From Candidatus Moranbacteria bacterium GW2011_GWE1_49_15 (GTDB taxonomy: Bacteria > Patescibacteriota > Minisyncoccia > Moranbacterales > GWC2-37-73), in the NCBI GenBank assembly GCA_001003855.1, contig LCPX01000013.1, positions 1 to 47,040 of the forward strand: 47,040 bases of DNA, read 5' to 3'. This document shows, one piece after another, positions 1 through 9,769 of the stretch (position 1 is the first letter of the stretch; each line of letters starts with the position of its first letter). The position numbers and the translations under genes are program-made. Under the pieces are notes generated by a model, which searched no databases, was not told the origin of the DNA, and saw nothing but the letters and a program-made list of their open reading frames with translations.

Positions 1-1406
1 GGATATTGGTCGTATACGCGCTTTCCTATGGAGTCTCCATCCTGCCTTTGCTGGCGATCCTTTCCGGACTCTTCATCTTGCTGGTGTATGTCCTGAAGTT
101 GGAAAGATATATCATCTTCATCCCTTCGAGCGTGATCCACGGATTCACTTTGGGGGTGGCGTTCATCATCGCCTTGGGCCAACTTAATTTCGCCCTGGGC
201 ATGGCCGGCCTCGCCCAGCACGAAAGGTTCATCGCCAATATCCAAGAAACCCTTTCAAACTTGGAAAAGGCCAACTTGGCCGCGGTCGTTTTGTTTTCGG
301 CGTGCTTCTTTTTTCTTTTGGTGTGGCGCAGGTTTTCGGTGAAGATCCCGGGAGTCATCATCGTCGCTCCCTCGGGCATACTTTTGGGATATTTGTCGCA
401 AGAAGGCCGTATAGCGGTCGACCTTCAGACCCTGTTTTCCAAATTCGGGAACATTTCCGGAAAATTGTGGGCGGTTCCCGATTTCAATTTCGTTTTCAAC
501 AAGGGGATTTTTATCGGAGCCATGACTATAGCTTTGGTGGCTATTTTGGAAACCCTGCTTTCCGCCAAGATCGCTGACGGCATGACCAGGACCAAGCACA
601 ACACCAGGAAAGAGGTCTTGGGCGTGGGCGCCGCGAACATAGCCTCCGGAATTTTCGGAGGCATTCCGGCGACGGCCGCTTTGGCCAGGACCGCCCTCAA
701 TATCAAGAGCGGGGCTGACCACAAGGTTTCCGCCGCCGTCAGCAGCGTTTTTATCGCCGTCATTTCACTGATACTTCTGCCGTTTTTCAAATACCTCCCT
801 TTGGCGGCCGTGGCGGCCATCTTGGTTTTCACCGCGGTGCAAATGGTGGAGAAAAAGCATTTCCTGCATCTTTACAAGCATGACAAATCCGCATTGTTCC
901 TGTCCCTGTTGGTCGCCGTCGTGACCGTCGTCGAAGACCCGATCGTCGGAATCCTGGTCGGAGCCACTATCGCCCTGTTGGTTTTCGCCAACAACATGTC
1001 GCGGGCCGAGACGGAAATAACCTTGAACAAGGACAAGCAGCTGATAAAGAGGATTAACTCGGCCCAGCTCCTGCACACCCGAAACCACGGGGACGTTCTG
1101 GTGTATAGGTTCGCGGGACAGCTTACCTATGTGAACGCCCAATCGCACATAAACAACATCTCCCTCATAAACGGGGAGACGAAGATAGTCATTTTGAGTT
1201 TCCGCAACCTCTTTTTCATGGATGTGGACGGCATGGGTTCCATACAGGAGATGGTTTCCATTTTGGAGGGCAAGGGAAAGCGCGTGATGCTCAGCGCCGT
1301 CAACGGTTTGGTCGCCAAACCGCTCAAAAAGGAAGGTTGGTTCCGGGAACTGGGCGAGAGAGGTTCGGTTTTCGCCAGCACGCAGGAGGCTTTGGAAAAA
1401 TGCTGA
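1..1406 (+). CDS. SulP-family anion transporter with C-terminal STAS domain; probably 5'-partial (reading frame is that of ORF 6..1406, open to the window edge)
   Basis: 466-aa ORF with many hydrophobic helices. C-terminal STAS-like block (VLVYRFAGQLTYVNAQSH...ILSFRNLFFMDVDGMGSIQEMV...GKRVMLSAVNG). The first codon in the ORF track is TTG at the window edge. Confidence 0.8.
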   Translation, partial: ILVVYALSYGVSILPLLAILSGLFILLVYVLKLERYIIFIPSSVIHGFTLGVAFIIALGQLNFALGMAGLAQHERFIANIQETLSNLEKANLAAVVLFSACFFFLLVWRRFSVKIPGVIIVAPSGILLGYLSQEGRIAVDLQTLFSKFGNISGKLWAVPDFNFVFNKGIFIGAMTIALVAILETLLSAKIADGMTRTKHNTRKEVLGVGAANIASGIFGGIPATAALARTALNIKSGADHKVSAAVSSVFIAVISLILLPFFKYLPLAAVAAILVFTAVQMVEKKHFLHLYKHDKSALFLSLLVAVVTVVEDPIVGILVGATIALLVFANNMSRAETEITLNKDKQLIKRINSAQLLHTRNHGDVLVYRFAGQLTYVNAQSHINNISLINGETKIVILSFRNLFFMDVDGMGSIQEMVSILEGKGKRVMLSAVNGLVAKPLKKEGWFRELGERGSVFASTQEALEKC

Positions 1407-1479
1407 AGATTTCGAAAGAAAAAATTTTACAATCGCGTATCTTGATGTATAATGGAGTCATGAATATTGGAAAATATTT

Positions 1480-1893
1480 ATGAAGCGACCGAAATTTCTA
1501 ACGCTCATCATGCTCCATCTGCTGTTCGTCTTTTTCGCATTTCTCGTGTACTTTTCGCAGTACTGCCTTTATATGGGGGACACGGCTGAAAATTTGGCGC
1601 GCGTTTACGCGATGTCGCTTTTCATTCCGAATGTGATAGGCATGACGGTGCTGTATTTTTCCTACCTGGCTTGGTTGCTGGGAGAATTTTCCAAGGGAAA
1701 GAAGATAAAATGGTTCAAGCTTCATATTTCCTACAACCTGTTGCTGATTTCCGGATTGTCGGTAGAATTGCTCCAAACGAAAAACGCTTCGATGGCCGAT
1801 TCATTTTTCATCCTGGCCGAGACGGCCGCCATCCTCATCGCTTTGGTAATAATTTTTAACAAAAATAAAAAATATGGATATGCTCATTGCTAG
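1480..1893 (+). CDS. hypothetical integral membrane protein (about 4 TM segments)
   Basis: 137-aa ORF with ATG start and hydrophobic segments. No family recognised. Confidence 0.5.
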   Translation: MKRPKFLTLIMLHLLFVFFAFLVYFSQYCLYMGDTAENLARVYAMSLFIPNVIGMTVLYFSYLAWLLGEFSKGKKIKWFKLHISYNLLLISGLSVELLQTKNASMADSFFILAETAAILIALVIIFNKNKKYGYAHC

Positions 1894-2011
1894 TGTCAAA
1901 AACGTAAAAATAAAACCTTTGCTTTTCAGATTGTTCATGTCGCTTTCAGTAGCGATTTTTTTATCCGTCGTCCTGAAGGATTATTTGAAATAATTTTTTT
2001 ATAAAATTTTC

Positions 2012-2608
2012 ATGATAGAAGTGGAAAAGAAATTCCTGCTTTCCGGCGGGCAGGAGCTTTCGCTTGTCGAAGGGGCCGAATCCTTGGGGGAGCGGGTTTT
2101 CGAAGACGAGTATTTCGATGACGGGAAATATTCGTTGACTTCGCGGGACATGTGGCTGCGGAGGAGGAACGGCAGGTTCGAACTCAAGACCCCTCTTTTC
2201 GTGGACGGTTGCGAAAGGTCGGTCGACCAATATGACGAGCTGGAGAAAGAGGAGGAAATCAGGAGCGCCCTTGATATTCCGGAGTCGGGAAACCTTGAAC
2301 AGGATTTGGCGAAAAAAAGTTTTTTCCCGTTCGCCAAGCTGACCACCACCAGGAAAAAATTCAAGAAAGACGGTTTCATTTTGGATTTCGACATCGTGGA
2401 TTTCGGGGATTCCACTTACTCCATAGCGGAGGTGGAGAAGATGGTCGAAGACAAATCCCAAATGGAAAGCGCGGTTTCCGAGATTTTGGAATTCGCCCAA
2501 AAGCACGGTCTGGAGTCTGCCAGGGTGAGAGGGAAGGTGATCGAATATGTCAGAAGGAAAAACCCCGACCATTTCGGAGTCCTGATCGATTGCGGGATTT
2601 GCAACTGA
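2012..2608 (+). CDS. CYTH-domain protein (CyaB/thiamine-triphosphatase-like)
   Basis: N-terminal EVEKKFLL matches the ExExK signature of CYTH domains. Size is 198 aa. Confidence 0.6.
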   Translation: MIEVEKKFLLSGGQELSLVEGAESLGERVFEDEYFDDGKYSLTSRDMWLRRRNGRFELKTPLFVDGCERSVDQYDELEKEEEIRSALDIPESGNLEQDLAKKSFFPFAKLTTTRKKFKKDGFILDFDIVDFGDSTYSIAEVEKMVEDKSQMESAVSEILEFAQKHGLESARVRGKVIEYVRRKNPDHFGVLIDCGICN

Positions 2609-2638
2609 TTTTCCAAATAATATAACTTGGCAAAGTTA

Positions 2639-2666
2639 AAAGGCTTCCGCTATGGCGGAAGCCTTT
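2639..2666. terminator. bidirectional hairpin terminator between convergent genes
   Basis: Perfect 12-bp stem aaaggcttccgc/gcggaagccttt with a tatg loop, and T-rich tracts on both strands. Confidence 0.7.
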
Positions 2667-2686
2667 GTTTCGGTGAGCTGGATGGT

Positions 2687-3013
2687 TTACCCGTCCGGAT
2701 TGGTCGAGCTCTCGGGGTACAGTCCTGAAAGAGCGTTTTTCTCCTCGGAAGCTTCTTGCTCCGCAAGAGCTTCCCGGGCCTCTTTCAGAAGTTCTTTCTC
2801 TTGGCGCCATTGGTTCATTTTCTTACCGACGGCGCTTTTGAGCTCGGTCCAGTCCTCGGGCTTGGCGTATTCCTTGAGAACTTGGGTGAAGATGCAATTG
2901 ACGATGTGCTCCCTTTCCTTCGTCGTCAAACGCAAGCCCTTGGTGTTTTTCTTGATCCCGTCCGCCACCTTTCGCGCTAACATCTCTACCAACTTTTGTG
3001 GAAATTCGGACAT
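2687..3013 (-). CDS. hypothetical small helical protein (108 aa)
   Basis: Start refined to ATG 3013 (MSEFPQKL), which has GGAGG 7 nt upstream. The gene has its own promoter. No family recognised. Confidence 0.55.
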   Translation of the reverse strand: MSEFPQKLVEMLARKVADGIKKNTKGLRLTTKEREHIVNCIFTQVLKEYAKPEDWTELKSAVGKKMNQWRQEKELLKEAREALAEQEASEEKNALSGLYPESSTNPDG

Positions 3014-3070
3014 GCCTCGCCTCCATATGTGGGGTAGAATGGACATTTGTTAAAAAAACTGATTCTATCT

Positions 3071-3099
3071 ATTATAGCACGTTTTGAGATATTTTGCAA
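3071..3099 (-). promoter_or_regulatory. sigma70-like promoter TTGCAA-17-TATAAT
   Basis: The minus strand reads TTGCAA (3099..3094), a 17-nt spacer, then TATAAT (3076..3071). This lies about 55 nt upstream of ATG 3013. Confidence 0.6.
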
Positions 3100-3123
3100 G
3101 GGTATGGCGGAAAAGGCTCCAGA

Positions 3124-3161
3124 CAAAGCAAAAGGGACCTTCCGATTTTTCGGATGGTCCC
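3124..3161 (-). terminator. rho-independent terminator after gene 3176..3442
   Basis: Stem gggaccttccga/tcggatggtccc, followed on the minus strand by TTTTGCTTTG. Confidence 0.65.
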
Positions 3162-3175
3162 CGGAGCCGTAAATA

Positions 3176-3442
3176 TTATACGGTAGCGGTTAGGGTGTCG
3201 TTATTGTTGACACCCTTGTTTGGTTTTTTGTTGGCGGCTTCGCTGGTGAGTACTCTGAGTCTTTCGAGTACCAGGGAAAGGACCATATTGCGGTCTTCCA
3301 ATGCAAGATAGCCTTTCTTGAAAAGAGCGCGATGGCAGGCTATTTTTTGCGTGATTTTTTGGTCTTTTTCGTATTCCGCCAAGGCTTCTTCCGCGATATG
3401 TTGAAGCACGTTTCCTTCTGGGGCAACCTTCATTTGAGCCAT
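3176..3442 (-). CDS. hypothetical small protein (88 aa)
   Basis: Start refined to ATG 3442 (MAQMKVAPEG), with AAGGAGG 8 nt upstream. No family recognised. Confidence 0.55.
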   Translation of the reverse strand: MAQMKVAPEGNVLQHIAEEALAEYEKDQKITQKIACHRALFKKGYLALEDRNMVLSLVLERLRVLTSEAANKKPNKGVNNNDTLTATV

Positions 3443-3557
3443 GTGCGGATCCTCCTTAGGGTTATATGGTATGGGCAGTATCGCTTTTGCAACCACAAGA
3501 CACCATAGCATATATCCGGATGTTTGGCAATGGCTGGATGGGGGAATAGGGGAATAT

Positions 3558-4340
3558 TTATAATTTTAAATTAACCGATGGCTTATGACGGTTATCGGTT
3601 TCCTGTCTGGCCACCACGACCGCTAACACTTCGCGGGCACCTTTTCCCTTGAGGATCTTGGCGCACTCGAAAAGGGTGGCGCCGGTGGTGGCGACGTCGT
3701 CGACAAGAAGGATGTCCTTGCCTTTGATTTCCCGGGGTCGGATCACGGAAAAGGCGTTTTGGATATTCCTTTTCCTTTCCTGGTGGTTTTTTATTTTCAT
3801 CTGGGCTGAGGTGTGCCTGGTCCTGGCGAGCACGTTTTCCTGAACGGGAATTTCAATTCCCGGAGCGATGTTTTTGCTGAGTTGTTCGGCCAGGAGGGCG
3901 GATTGGTTGAATCCGCGCCAGCGCAACCTTTTGGGGTGTAGCGGAACAGGCACGATAAGGTCGGGAAGCGGAAGGGACGAGGAGGTTATCTTTCCGGACA
4001 TGATTTCAGCCAAAGGCATATGCAGATCCGGGACGAACCTATATTTGAACAGGTGGATCATCTTGGAAAGAGTCTTGTCTCGGTATGACGAGCAAACCAA
4101 AAGGCCGTCGAGCGACGACCTTTTTCTGCAATTAAAACAGGTTTTCCCATCCGGCGTGATCGCTTTCTCGCAAATGGGGCAGACTTGTTCCCCCCTGGTT
4201 TTTATTTTCGAAAGGCATTTTTCGCAAAGCCAATCTCCTTCTTTGCCGCAATTAAGACATCCGACGGGGAACAGCACGTCCAAAAAAAGCTTGTGCAGGG
4301 CGCACATTTTTTCGGAAAATTTTTTTTTGATATTTTGCAT
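3558..4340 (-). CDS. comF: ComF-family phosphoribosyltransferase-like protein (ComFC type)
   Basis: N-terminal double CxxC zinc-finger-like motifs (CLNCGK...CEKC, CPICEK...CFNC). C-terminal PRT motif ILLVDDVATTGATL. Confidence 0.85.
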   Translation of the reverse strand: MQNIKKKFSEKMCALHKLFLDVLFPVGCLNCGKEGDWLCEKCLSKIKTRGEQVCPICEKAITPDGKTCFNCRKRSSLDGLLVCSSYRDKTLSKMIHLFKYRFVPDLHMPLAEIMSGKITSSSLPLPDLIVPVPLHPKRLRWRGFNQSALLAEQLSKNIAPGIEIPVQENVLARTRHTSAQMKIKNHQERKRNIQNAFSVIRPREIKGKDILLVDDVATTGATLFECAKILKGKGAREVLAVVVARQETDNRHKPSVNLKL

Positions 4341-4388
4341 TTTATCCAGCTTTTTGCGGATCGGAAGATTTTCTTGTGGTGGGGGTTT

Positions 4389-6869
4389 TTACTTGGCTAT
4401 TATCCTATCCTGTTTGATTTCCAGCGTTACGCTTTTTTTGTCCGGATTTTCCATGATGGATCTGGCTATTTCGGTTTCCACGAGATCCTGGATATTTTTC
4501 CTCACGAGCCTGGCTCCGTATTCCGCAGCCAGGCTTTTTTTCGTAATGAAGGCTTCTATTTTTTTGGAAAAATTCAAATCGATGCCGCGCTGCTCGCTTC
4601 TGCGGACGACGTTTTTCATCTCATTGGAAACTATTTTGGCCAATTCGTCTTCCGAAAGGGCGTCGAATATTATGATGTGGTCCAAACGGTTTATTATCTC
4701 CGGTTTCATATGTTGGGAAAGTTTCTTGACGACGTCGCTCTTGATGTCGTCGAACTTTTTGGAGAAGCTTTTCTTATCTTCCATCTGACGGAAGCCGAGT
4801 CTGGCGCTCTCGGTGAATTCCGAAGTACCTATGTTGGAGGTGAGTATGACGATGGTGTTTTTGAAATTGACTTGCCTTCCTTCGGCGTCCGTCAAAAGAC
4901 CGTCTTCCAAAATTTGGAGCAGGATGTTCAGCACGTCGGGATGGGCTTTTTCGATCTCGTCGAAAAGGACCAGGCTGTACGGTTTGTGCCTTACTTTTTC
5001 CGTCAGGGTCCCGCCTTCTCCGTAGCCGACATAGCCTGCCGGCGCTCCGACGAGCCTGGCGATAGCGTGCTTTTCCGAGAACTCGCTCATGTCGATCTTG
5101 ATGATGGAGTTTTCGGTGGCGAACACTTCGCGGGCCAGCATCTTGGCTGTCATCGTTTTTCCGACTCCGGTCGGACCGAGGAATAGGAACGAGCCCATGG
5201 GTCTTTCCGGATCGGAGATGCCGCTATGCGAACGCAAAAGCACTTGTGAGATCGTCTTGATGGCGCGGTCCTGCCCGATAATGTTTTTGGCCAGGTTTTT
5301 TTCTATGAAAGCCAATTTGGATTTCGTCTGTTGGGTCGATATCCTCTCCAGCGGGATTCCGGTTATCCTGGAAACGGTCATGGCTACGTCCTCTTTGGCG
5401 AGCGGGGAAGGATCTCCCTTGGAATCCTCCTGGCGCTTCCTGGTTTCGGAAATTTTCTTGAGGATGGCCGACTCTTTTCTTTGAAGTTTCATCGCTTCGT
5501 TGTACTTCTGCTGTTGCACGAGTCTTTCCTTGGCTCCCGCCATTTTTTTATGCTCCGTCTCATATTTCTTGATGAGCTTGGACCATTGTGAGGAAACGAT
5601 CCTGTTTTTGACGGCGGAAGCGGTTTCATCCAGAAGGTCGATCGCTTTGTCGGGAAGGAACCTGTCGCTGATATATCTCACGCTGAGTTCCACGGCCGCT
5701 TCCAGGGCGTCGTTGGATATGGAAACGTTATGGAATTTCTCATATTGCGGTTTCAACCTGCGCAGGATGGACTTGGCGCTTTTGACGGTCGGTTCGACAA
5801 GTTGCAACGGTTGGAAGCGCCTAGCGAGCGCGGGATCCTTTTCTATGTACCTTTTGTATTCCGAATAGGTGGTGGCGCCTATGCATTGGATGTCGCCCTT
5901 GGAAAGCGCCGGCTTGAGGATATTGGCCGCGTCCAGCCCGCCCTGTGAGTTTCCGGCTCCGACGATGCTGTGGATTTCGTCGATGAAAAGGATGACATTC
6001 CTGTTGCGGGAGGCTTCGGAGATTATTTCCTTGAGGCGGTTCTCGAATTCCCCCCTGAAAGTCGTTCCGGCCACCACCAAGGCCATATCCAAGGAGAAGA
6101 CGGTCTTGTTGGCGAGGTAATGGGGGACATCCCCGGAGTTTATTTTCCGTGCCAGTCCGGATACGAGCGCCGTCTTTCCCACGCCCGGATCCCCGATGAG
6201 CAGGGGATTGTTCTTGCTTTTCCTGCCGAGTATGTGCACGATCCTCTCTATTTCCATGTCCCTGCCGGTTATGATCTCGTCGCGCTTTTCGGATTCCTCA
6301 TTGAGGTTTATGCAGAACTGGTTGAGGTTCGAAAGGCTGTTCGCGTCGGAATCTTTGTTTTTGGAAAGGCCTATTTCAGGAAAAGGCACCGATTTGGAGA
6401 ATTCCGAAAGAGGTTCTCCGTCGGCGGGAAGCTGGGAAAGCATCTCGATGGCGTCTTTTTTGATGGAAGCTTTCTGGAAAATCTTTTGGATCGTCTCGTC
6501 ATTCGATTCTATGAGCGCGTAAACCAGATGCTCCGTTCCGACGTATGGATAGCTGAAAGTGCTGGCCAAGGAATAGGCGCGGGTTATCAAGCTTTTCAGC
6601 GAGGCTGACGGCATCGGCTGCAACTCTTTGTTAATGGAGTGGGCTGATTTTTTGGATCGGGCGGGCAGGACCGAGTTGAAATAGCTCCTCTTGAAGCCCA
6701 GGCTCTTGAGCATGTTGCTGCCGAGACTCCCCTCTTCCAAATGTATCGCGAAAAGAAGATGTATCGGTTCTATGCGTTCGCTTCGGTAGTGCAAGGCCAA
6801 AACCCCGGCTTCCGTCAGGCTTTTCTTGGCATGGAGCGTCATTTTTTCGAATATTTCCGATTGGAACAT
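4389..6869 (-). CDS. clpC: ATP-dependent Clp protease ATP-binding subunit, ClpC-like AAA+ chaperone
   Basis: 826 aa with an N-terminal Clp repeat region. Two Walker A motifs (GDPGVGKT, GPTGVGKT), a short middle domain and an LGF tripeptide loop. Confidence 0.9.
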   Translation of the reverse strand: MFQSEIFEKMTLHAKKSLTEAGVLALHYRSERIEPIHLLFAIHLEEGSLGSNMLKSLGFKRSYFNSVLPARSKKSAHSINKELQPMPSASLKSLITRAYSLASTFSYPYVGTEHLVYALIESNDETIQKIFQKASIKKDAIEMLSQLPADGEPLSEFSKSVPFPEIGLSKNKDSDANSLSNLNQFCINLNEESEKRDEIITGRDMEIERIVHILGRKSKNNPLLIGDPGVGKTALVSGLARKINSGDVPHYLANKTVFSLDMALVVAGTTFRGEFENRLKEIISEASRNRNVILFIDEIHSIVGAGNSQGGLDAANILKPALSKGDIQCIGATTYSEYKRYIEKDPALARRFQPLQLVEPTVKSAKSILRRLKPQYEKFHNVSISNDALEAAVELSVRYISDRFLPDKAIDLLDETASAVKNRIVSSQWSKLIKKYETEHKKMAGAKERLVQQQKYNEAMKLQRKESAILKKISETRKRQEDSKGDPSPLAKEDVAMTVSRITGIPLERISTQQTKSKLAFIEKNLAKNIIGQDRAIKTISQVLLRSHSGISDPERPMGSFLFLGPTGVGKTMTAKMLAREVFATENSIIKIDMSEFSEKHAIARLVGAPAGYVGYGEGGTLTEKVRHKPYSLVLFDEIEKAHPDVLNILLQILEDGLLTDAEGRQVNFKNTIVILTSNIGTSEFTESARLGFRQMEDKKSFSKKFDDIKSDVVKKLSQHMKPEIINRLDHIIIFDALSEDELAKIVSNEMKNVVRRSEQRGIDLNFSKKIEAFITKKSLAAEYGARLVRKNIQDLVETEIARSIMENPDKKSVTLEIKQDRIIAK

Positions 6870-7181
6870 GGATTTGTATGGTTTTCGTGGATTACGGATG
6901 TCTTCTAACCATTCTATTTTTATTATACAACGGTGTCAACCGGATAATTTTCCAGGTCGGAACCCGGAAAGCCGGTTTCCTTTCTTCTGTTTTGGATGGA
7001 AATGGTGTATAATCCAGACATGCCCGCACGGGTAAAATATGCCTTTGGCGTACGTCGCTTTTTGTGGTATTATAAACATAGAAAGACGGGGTTAAAACAA
7101 AAATAAATAAATTTGTTATCTGCACTCGCTCGGAAATGAAAGCTCGCTTTCATTTCCCTCGCTTCGCTTGATAATAAAAAT

Positions 7182-8264
7182 ATGCTAGGATTATTCGAAC
7201 AGAAAAAAAATCGCTTCATCGGTATAGATTTCGGCACGGCTTCTATCAAAGTCGTCGAACTTTCATATAAAAACCAAAAGCCGTATTTGGAAAATTATGG
7301 CTGGTTTGATTTGGCTGGAATCTCACAACCCGTCGATCCGAACAATCAGAAGCTGGAGTCCTATGAGGACAAGTTCAAGGCGGCTTTGCAGGGCTTGGTG
7401 AAAAGCCTCAATCTCGACGGCAGCCACGTCCATGTCGCCATACCGGGTTTCGCCGGTCTGGTGGTGCTGATCGAGTTTCCTGAAATGAAAAAGGAAGAGA
7501 TCGACAAAGCCATAGAATTCGAAGCGCATAAATATATTCCGACCTCGGTCGAGGAGGTTTCCATAAGTTGGGAAATCGTGAAAAAGGAGGCGGATAAGGA
7601 TGGCGAGCTGTCCAATAAGATAAATGTCCTGTTAGTGGCCGCTCCCAAAAAAGAAGTTGAGAAATACGGCTCGATGTTCGAGGGGATGAATTTGAAAGTG
7701 AAAACTATCGAATTGGAAACGTTTTCCATAACCAGGTCGCTCATAGGGAAGCGGGAGGGAAATTTTTTGATAATGGACATAGGTTCGAGAGCGACCAATC
7801 TGATCTTGGTGGAAAACGGATCCGTACTCATAAACCGATCGGTGGATGTAGGAGGGAATGACATAACGGGGACTATCGCCGACAGTTTGAACGTTTCCAA
7901 ACAGCGGGCTGAGATGTTCAAGAGGGAGGGAAAGGATTTCATAAACGAGAAGGAAACAGCCATCGTTATCCCGGTGCTCGAGCTTTTGGGAGGGGAAGCC
8001 CGCAGGATAATGATCGCCTATAAGGAAAAAAACAAGAACGCGAAAATAGACGGAATCGTCCTTTCCGGGGGTTCGTCCGGATTGGCAGGCATTGATAAAT
8101 ATTTCCAGAGGATGCTCGGCGTGGAAGTGTCCAAAGGAAATCCTTGGAAGGACATTTCATATGATACGAAGCTCGCACTCAGCATCGAGAAGATAGGCTC
8201 TTCTTTTTCGGTAGTCTTGGGACTGGCCTTAAGGGGCATGGAGGACGAGCATGGAAAAAAATAA
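7182..8264 (+). CDS. pilM: type IV pilus assembly protein PilM (actin-like ATPase fold)
   Basis: FIGIDFGTASIKVVEL N-terminus, 360 aa, first gene of the pilus cluster. Confidence 0.85.
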   Translation: MLGLFEQKKNRFIGIDFGTASIKVVELSYKNQKPYLENYGWFDLAGISQPVDPNNQKLESYEDKFKAALQGLVKSLNLDGSHVHVAIPGFAGLVVLIEFPEMKKEEIDKAIEFEAHKYIPTSVEEVSISWEIVKKEADKDGELSNKINVLLVAAPKKEVEKYGSMFEGMNLKVKTIELETFSITRSLIGKREGNFLIMDIGSRATNLILVENGSVLINRSVDVGGNDITGTIADSLNVSKQRAEMFKREGKDFINEKETAIVIPVLELLGGEARRIMIAYKEKNKNAKIDGIVLSGGSSGLAGIDKYFQRMLGVEVSKGNPWKDISYDTKLALSIEKIGSSFSVVLGLALRGMEDEHGKK

Positions 8265-8291
8265 AAGATATAATTAAATTTTTTCAAAAAA

Positions 8292-8822
8292 ATGACCAAT
8301 ATCAACTTGTACCAGGCCTCGACTGAGAAGACCCAGGAACAGAAAAGGGCCATGGTTGCGGACGGAGGTTTCATCTGGTCCCTGGGGATCCTCCTCCTTG
8401 TCCTGCTTTCTTACGGAGGACTCAAGGTGGTTTCCGGAAATTTCGAGAAACGCATCGAGAGCGTGAAGGCCGAAACTGAATCGGAAAACCAGACTTTCGC
8501 CGGGAGCGATCTGGATAGGATCGCCGACTTCCAATTGAGGACGGACGAGGCGGTCAGGAGTATATCTTCCAAATCCGACATCAACGGCATATTCGTCTCA
8601 TTGGAAGACGCGGTGGTCAAGGGGGTTTCCGTCAATTCTTTTTCATACAAAGGTGAAGGATCTTTAAAGGTTGATATGATGATGACTGCGAGCGATTTCC
8701 CGACCGTGGCCAAGCAGATCCTGAGCTTAAAGGAGAGTGGATCTTTCTCCAACGTTTCGGTGAGCGGCATGCAGAGAGAGGAGAACGGGATAGGTTTCGA
8801 TATCAGCGCTAACTACAAATAA
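8292..8822 (+). CDS. PilN-like pilus assembly protein
   Basis: 176 aa with N-terminal INLY, one TM segment, and its position directly after pilM. Confidence 0.6.
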   Translation: MTNINLYQASTEKTQEQKRAMVADGGFIWSLGILLLVLLSYGGLKVVSGNFEKRIESVKAETESENQTFAGSDLDRIADFQLRTDEAVRSISSKSDINGIFVSLEDAVVKGVSVNSFSYKGEGSLKVDMMMTASDFPTVAKQILSLKESGSFSNVSVSGMQREENGIGFDISANYK

Positions 8823-8937
8823 GCAGCGGCGTACTTCCGCCATCAACCAAGGTGTTTGTGAATCAATCATAAATAAAAAATAAAAAACATCCTCTTGCTC
8901 CTGGCAACCGCCGTCCAGTTGCGAGGGAGAAAATAAA

Positions 8938-9720
8938 ATGAGATTGAAATTGTTGTTTTTTCCATTGATGCTCATAGCGTCAATCAGCGTGTTCATAAGT
9001 TTCGTGTGGCCTGAGGTGGAAGCTGTCAGGACTCTTTCCGCGGAAAGCAAAAACGGCCTGGAAGACCTGAACCTTATCAAGGAGAAAAAAGACAATATCA
9101 GGGGGCTTGACCAAGATCTCGGTAAAAATTCCGATAAAGAGGAATTGGTGAACAGTTATTTTCCAAAAGTCCGGAACGAAGAAAGGATCATCGACGCCAT
9201 ATATTACCTAGCCGCCAATTCCAGTGTTTCACTGGCTAATATCTCCATTGCCGGCGATCCATTGAAAGGGGAGGACGAAGTGGACGGACCGAAGAGCGTC
9301 TTCAGTTCCCAGTCTCCCCAAGCGGGCGAGCTGCCTGGAGCCGCGGACCAGCGGACTTTGCCTTCCAGCGCAAGGAGCGTGGATGTGGAAATTTTCGTCG
9401 CCGGGACATATGAGAACATCAAGACATTCTTGTCCGCCGTAAACAGTATGGAGATGATGAACGACGTGACCGGAGTGGACATATCCTCCCAGTCTGCAGG
9501 CGAAGAGGGAGAGAGCAGCGGATTCCTTTCAGCCCAGGTGAAGGCGAAATTCTATTACATGAGAAACACCAGAGCTGACAATAATTACAAATTGGCGGTT
9601 TTGGATAGTTCGGAATTCGATTTTTCTCAAGTGGAAAAAGTGAAGGCGTTCATTTCGCAGGGAATCCCGAAATTGGAAGTGGGTGAGAAGGGAATGAAAA
9701 ATCCATTTTTCGCCCTGTAA
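8938..9720 (+). CDS. PilO-like pilus assembly protein with an acidic low-complexity insert
   Basis: N-terminal TM segment, a coiled-coil segment, and its position between the pilN-like gene and pilB. Confidence 0.5.
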   Translation: MRLKLLFFPLMLIASISVFISFVWPEVEAVRTLSAESKNGLEDLNLIKEKKDNIRGLDQDLGKNSDKEELVNSYFPKVRNEERIIDAIYYLAANSSVSLANISIAGDPLKGEDEVDGPKSVFSSQSPQAGELPGAADQRTLPSSARSVDVEIFVAGTYENIKTFLSAVNSMEMMNDVTGVDISSQSAGEEGESSGFLSAQVKAKFYYMRNTRADNNYKLAVLDSSEFDFSQVEKVKAFISQGIPKLEVGEKGMKNPFFAL

Positions 9721-9769
9721 TAAGGTGGAGGCGGTAGAATTTTTTTGTCAGATTTGAAATTAAAAACAA

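Noticed and set aside
3868-6608. Long plus-strand ORFs (3868..4788, 4185..5186, 5970..6608 and others) opposite comF and clpC
   Set aside because: They are antisense shadows of well-supported genes. Their sequences are low-complexity with no start context or recognisable domains, and clpC and comF fully explain the region.
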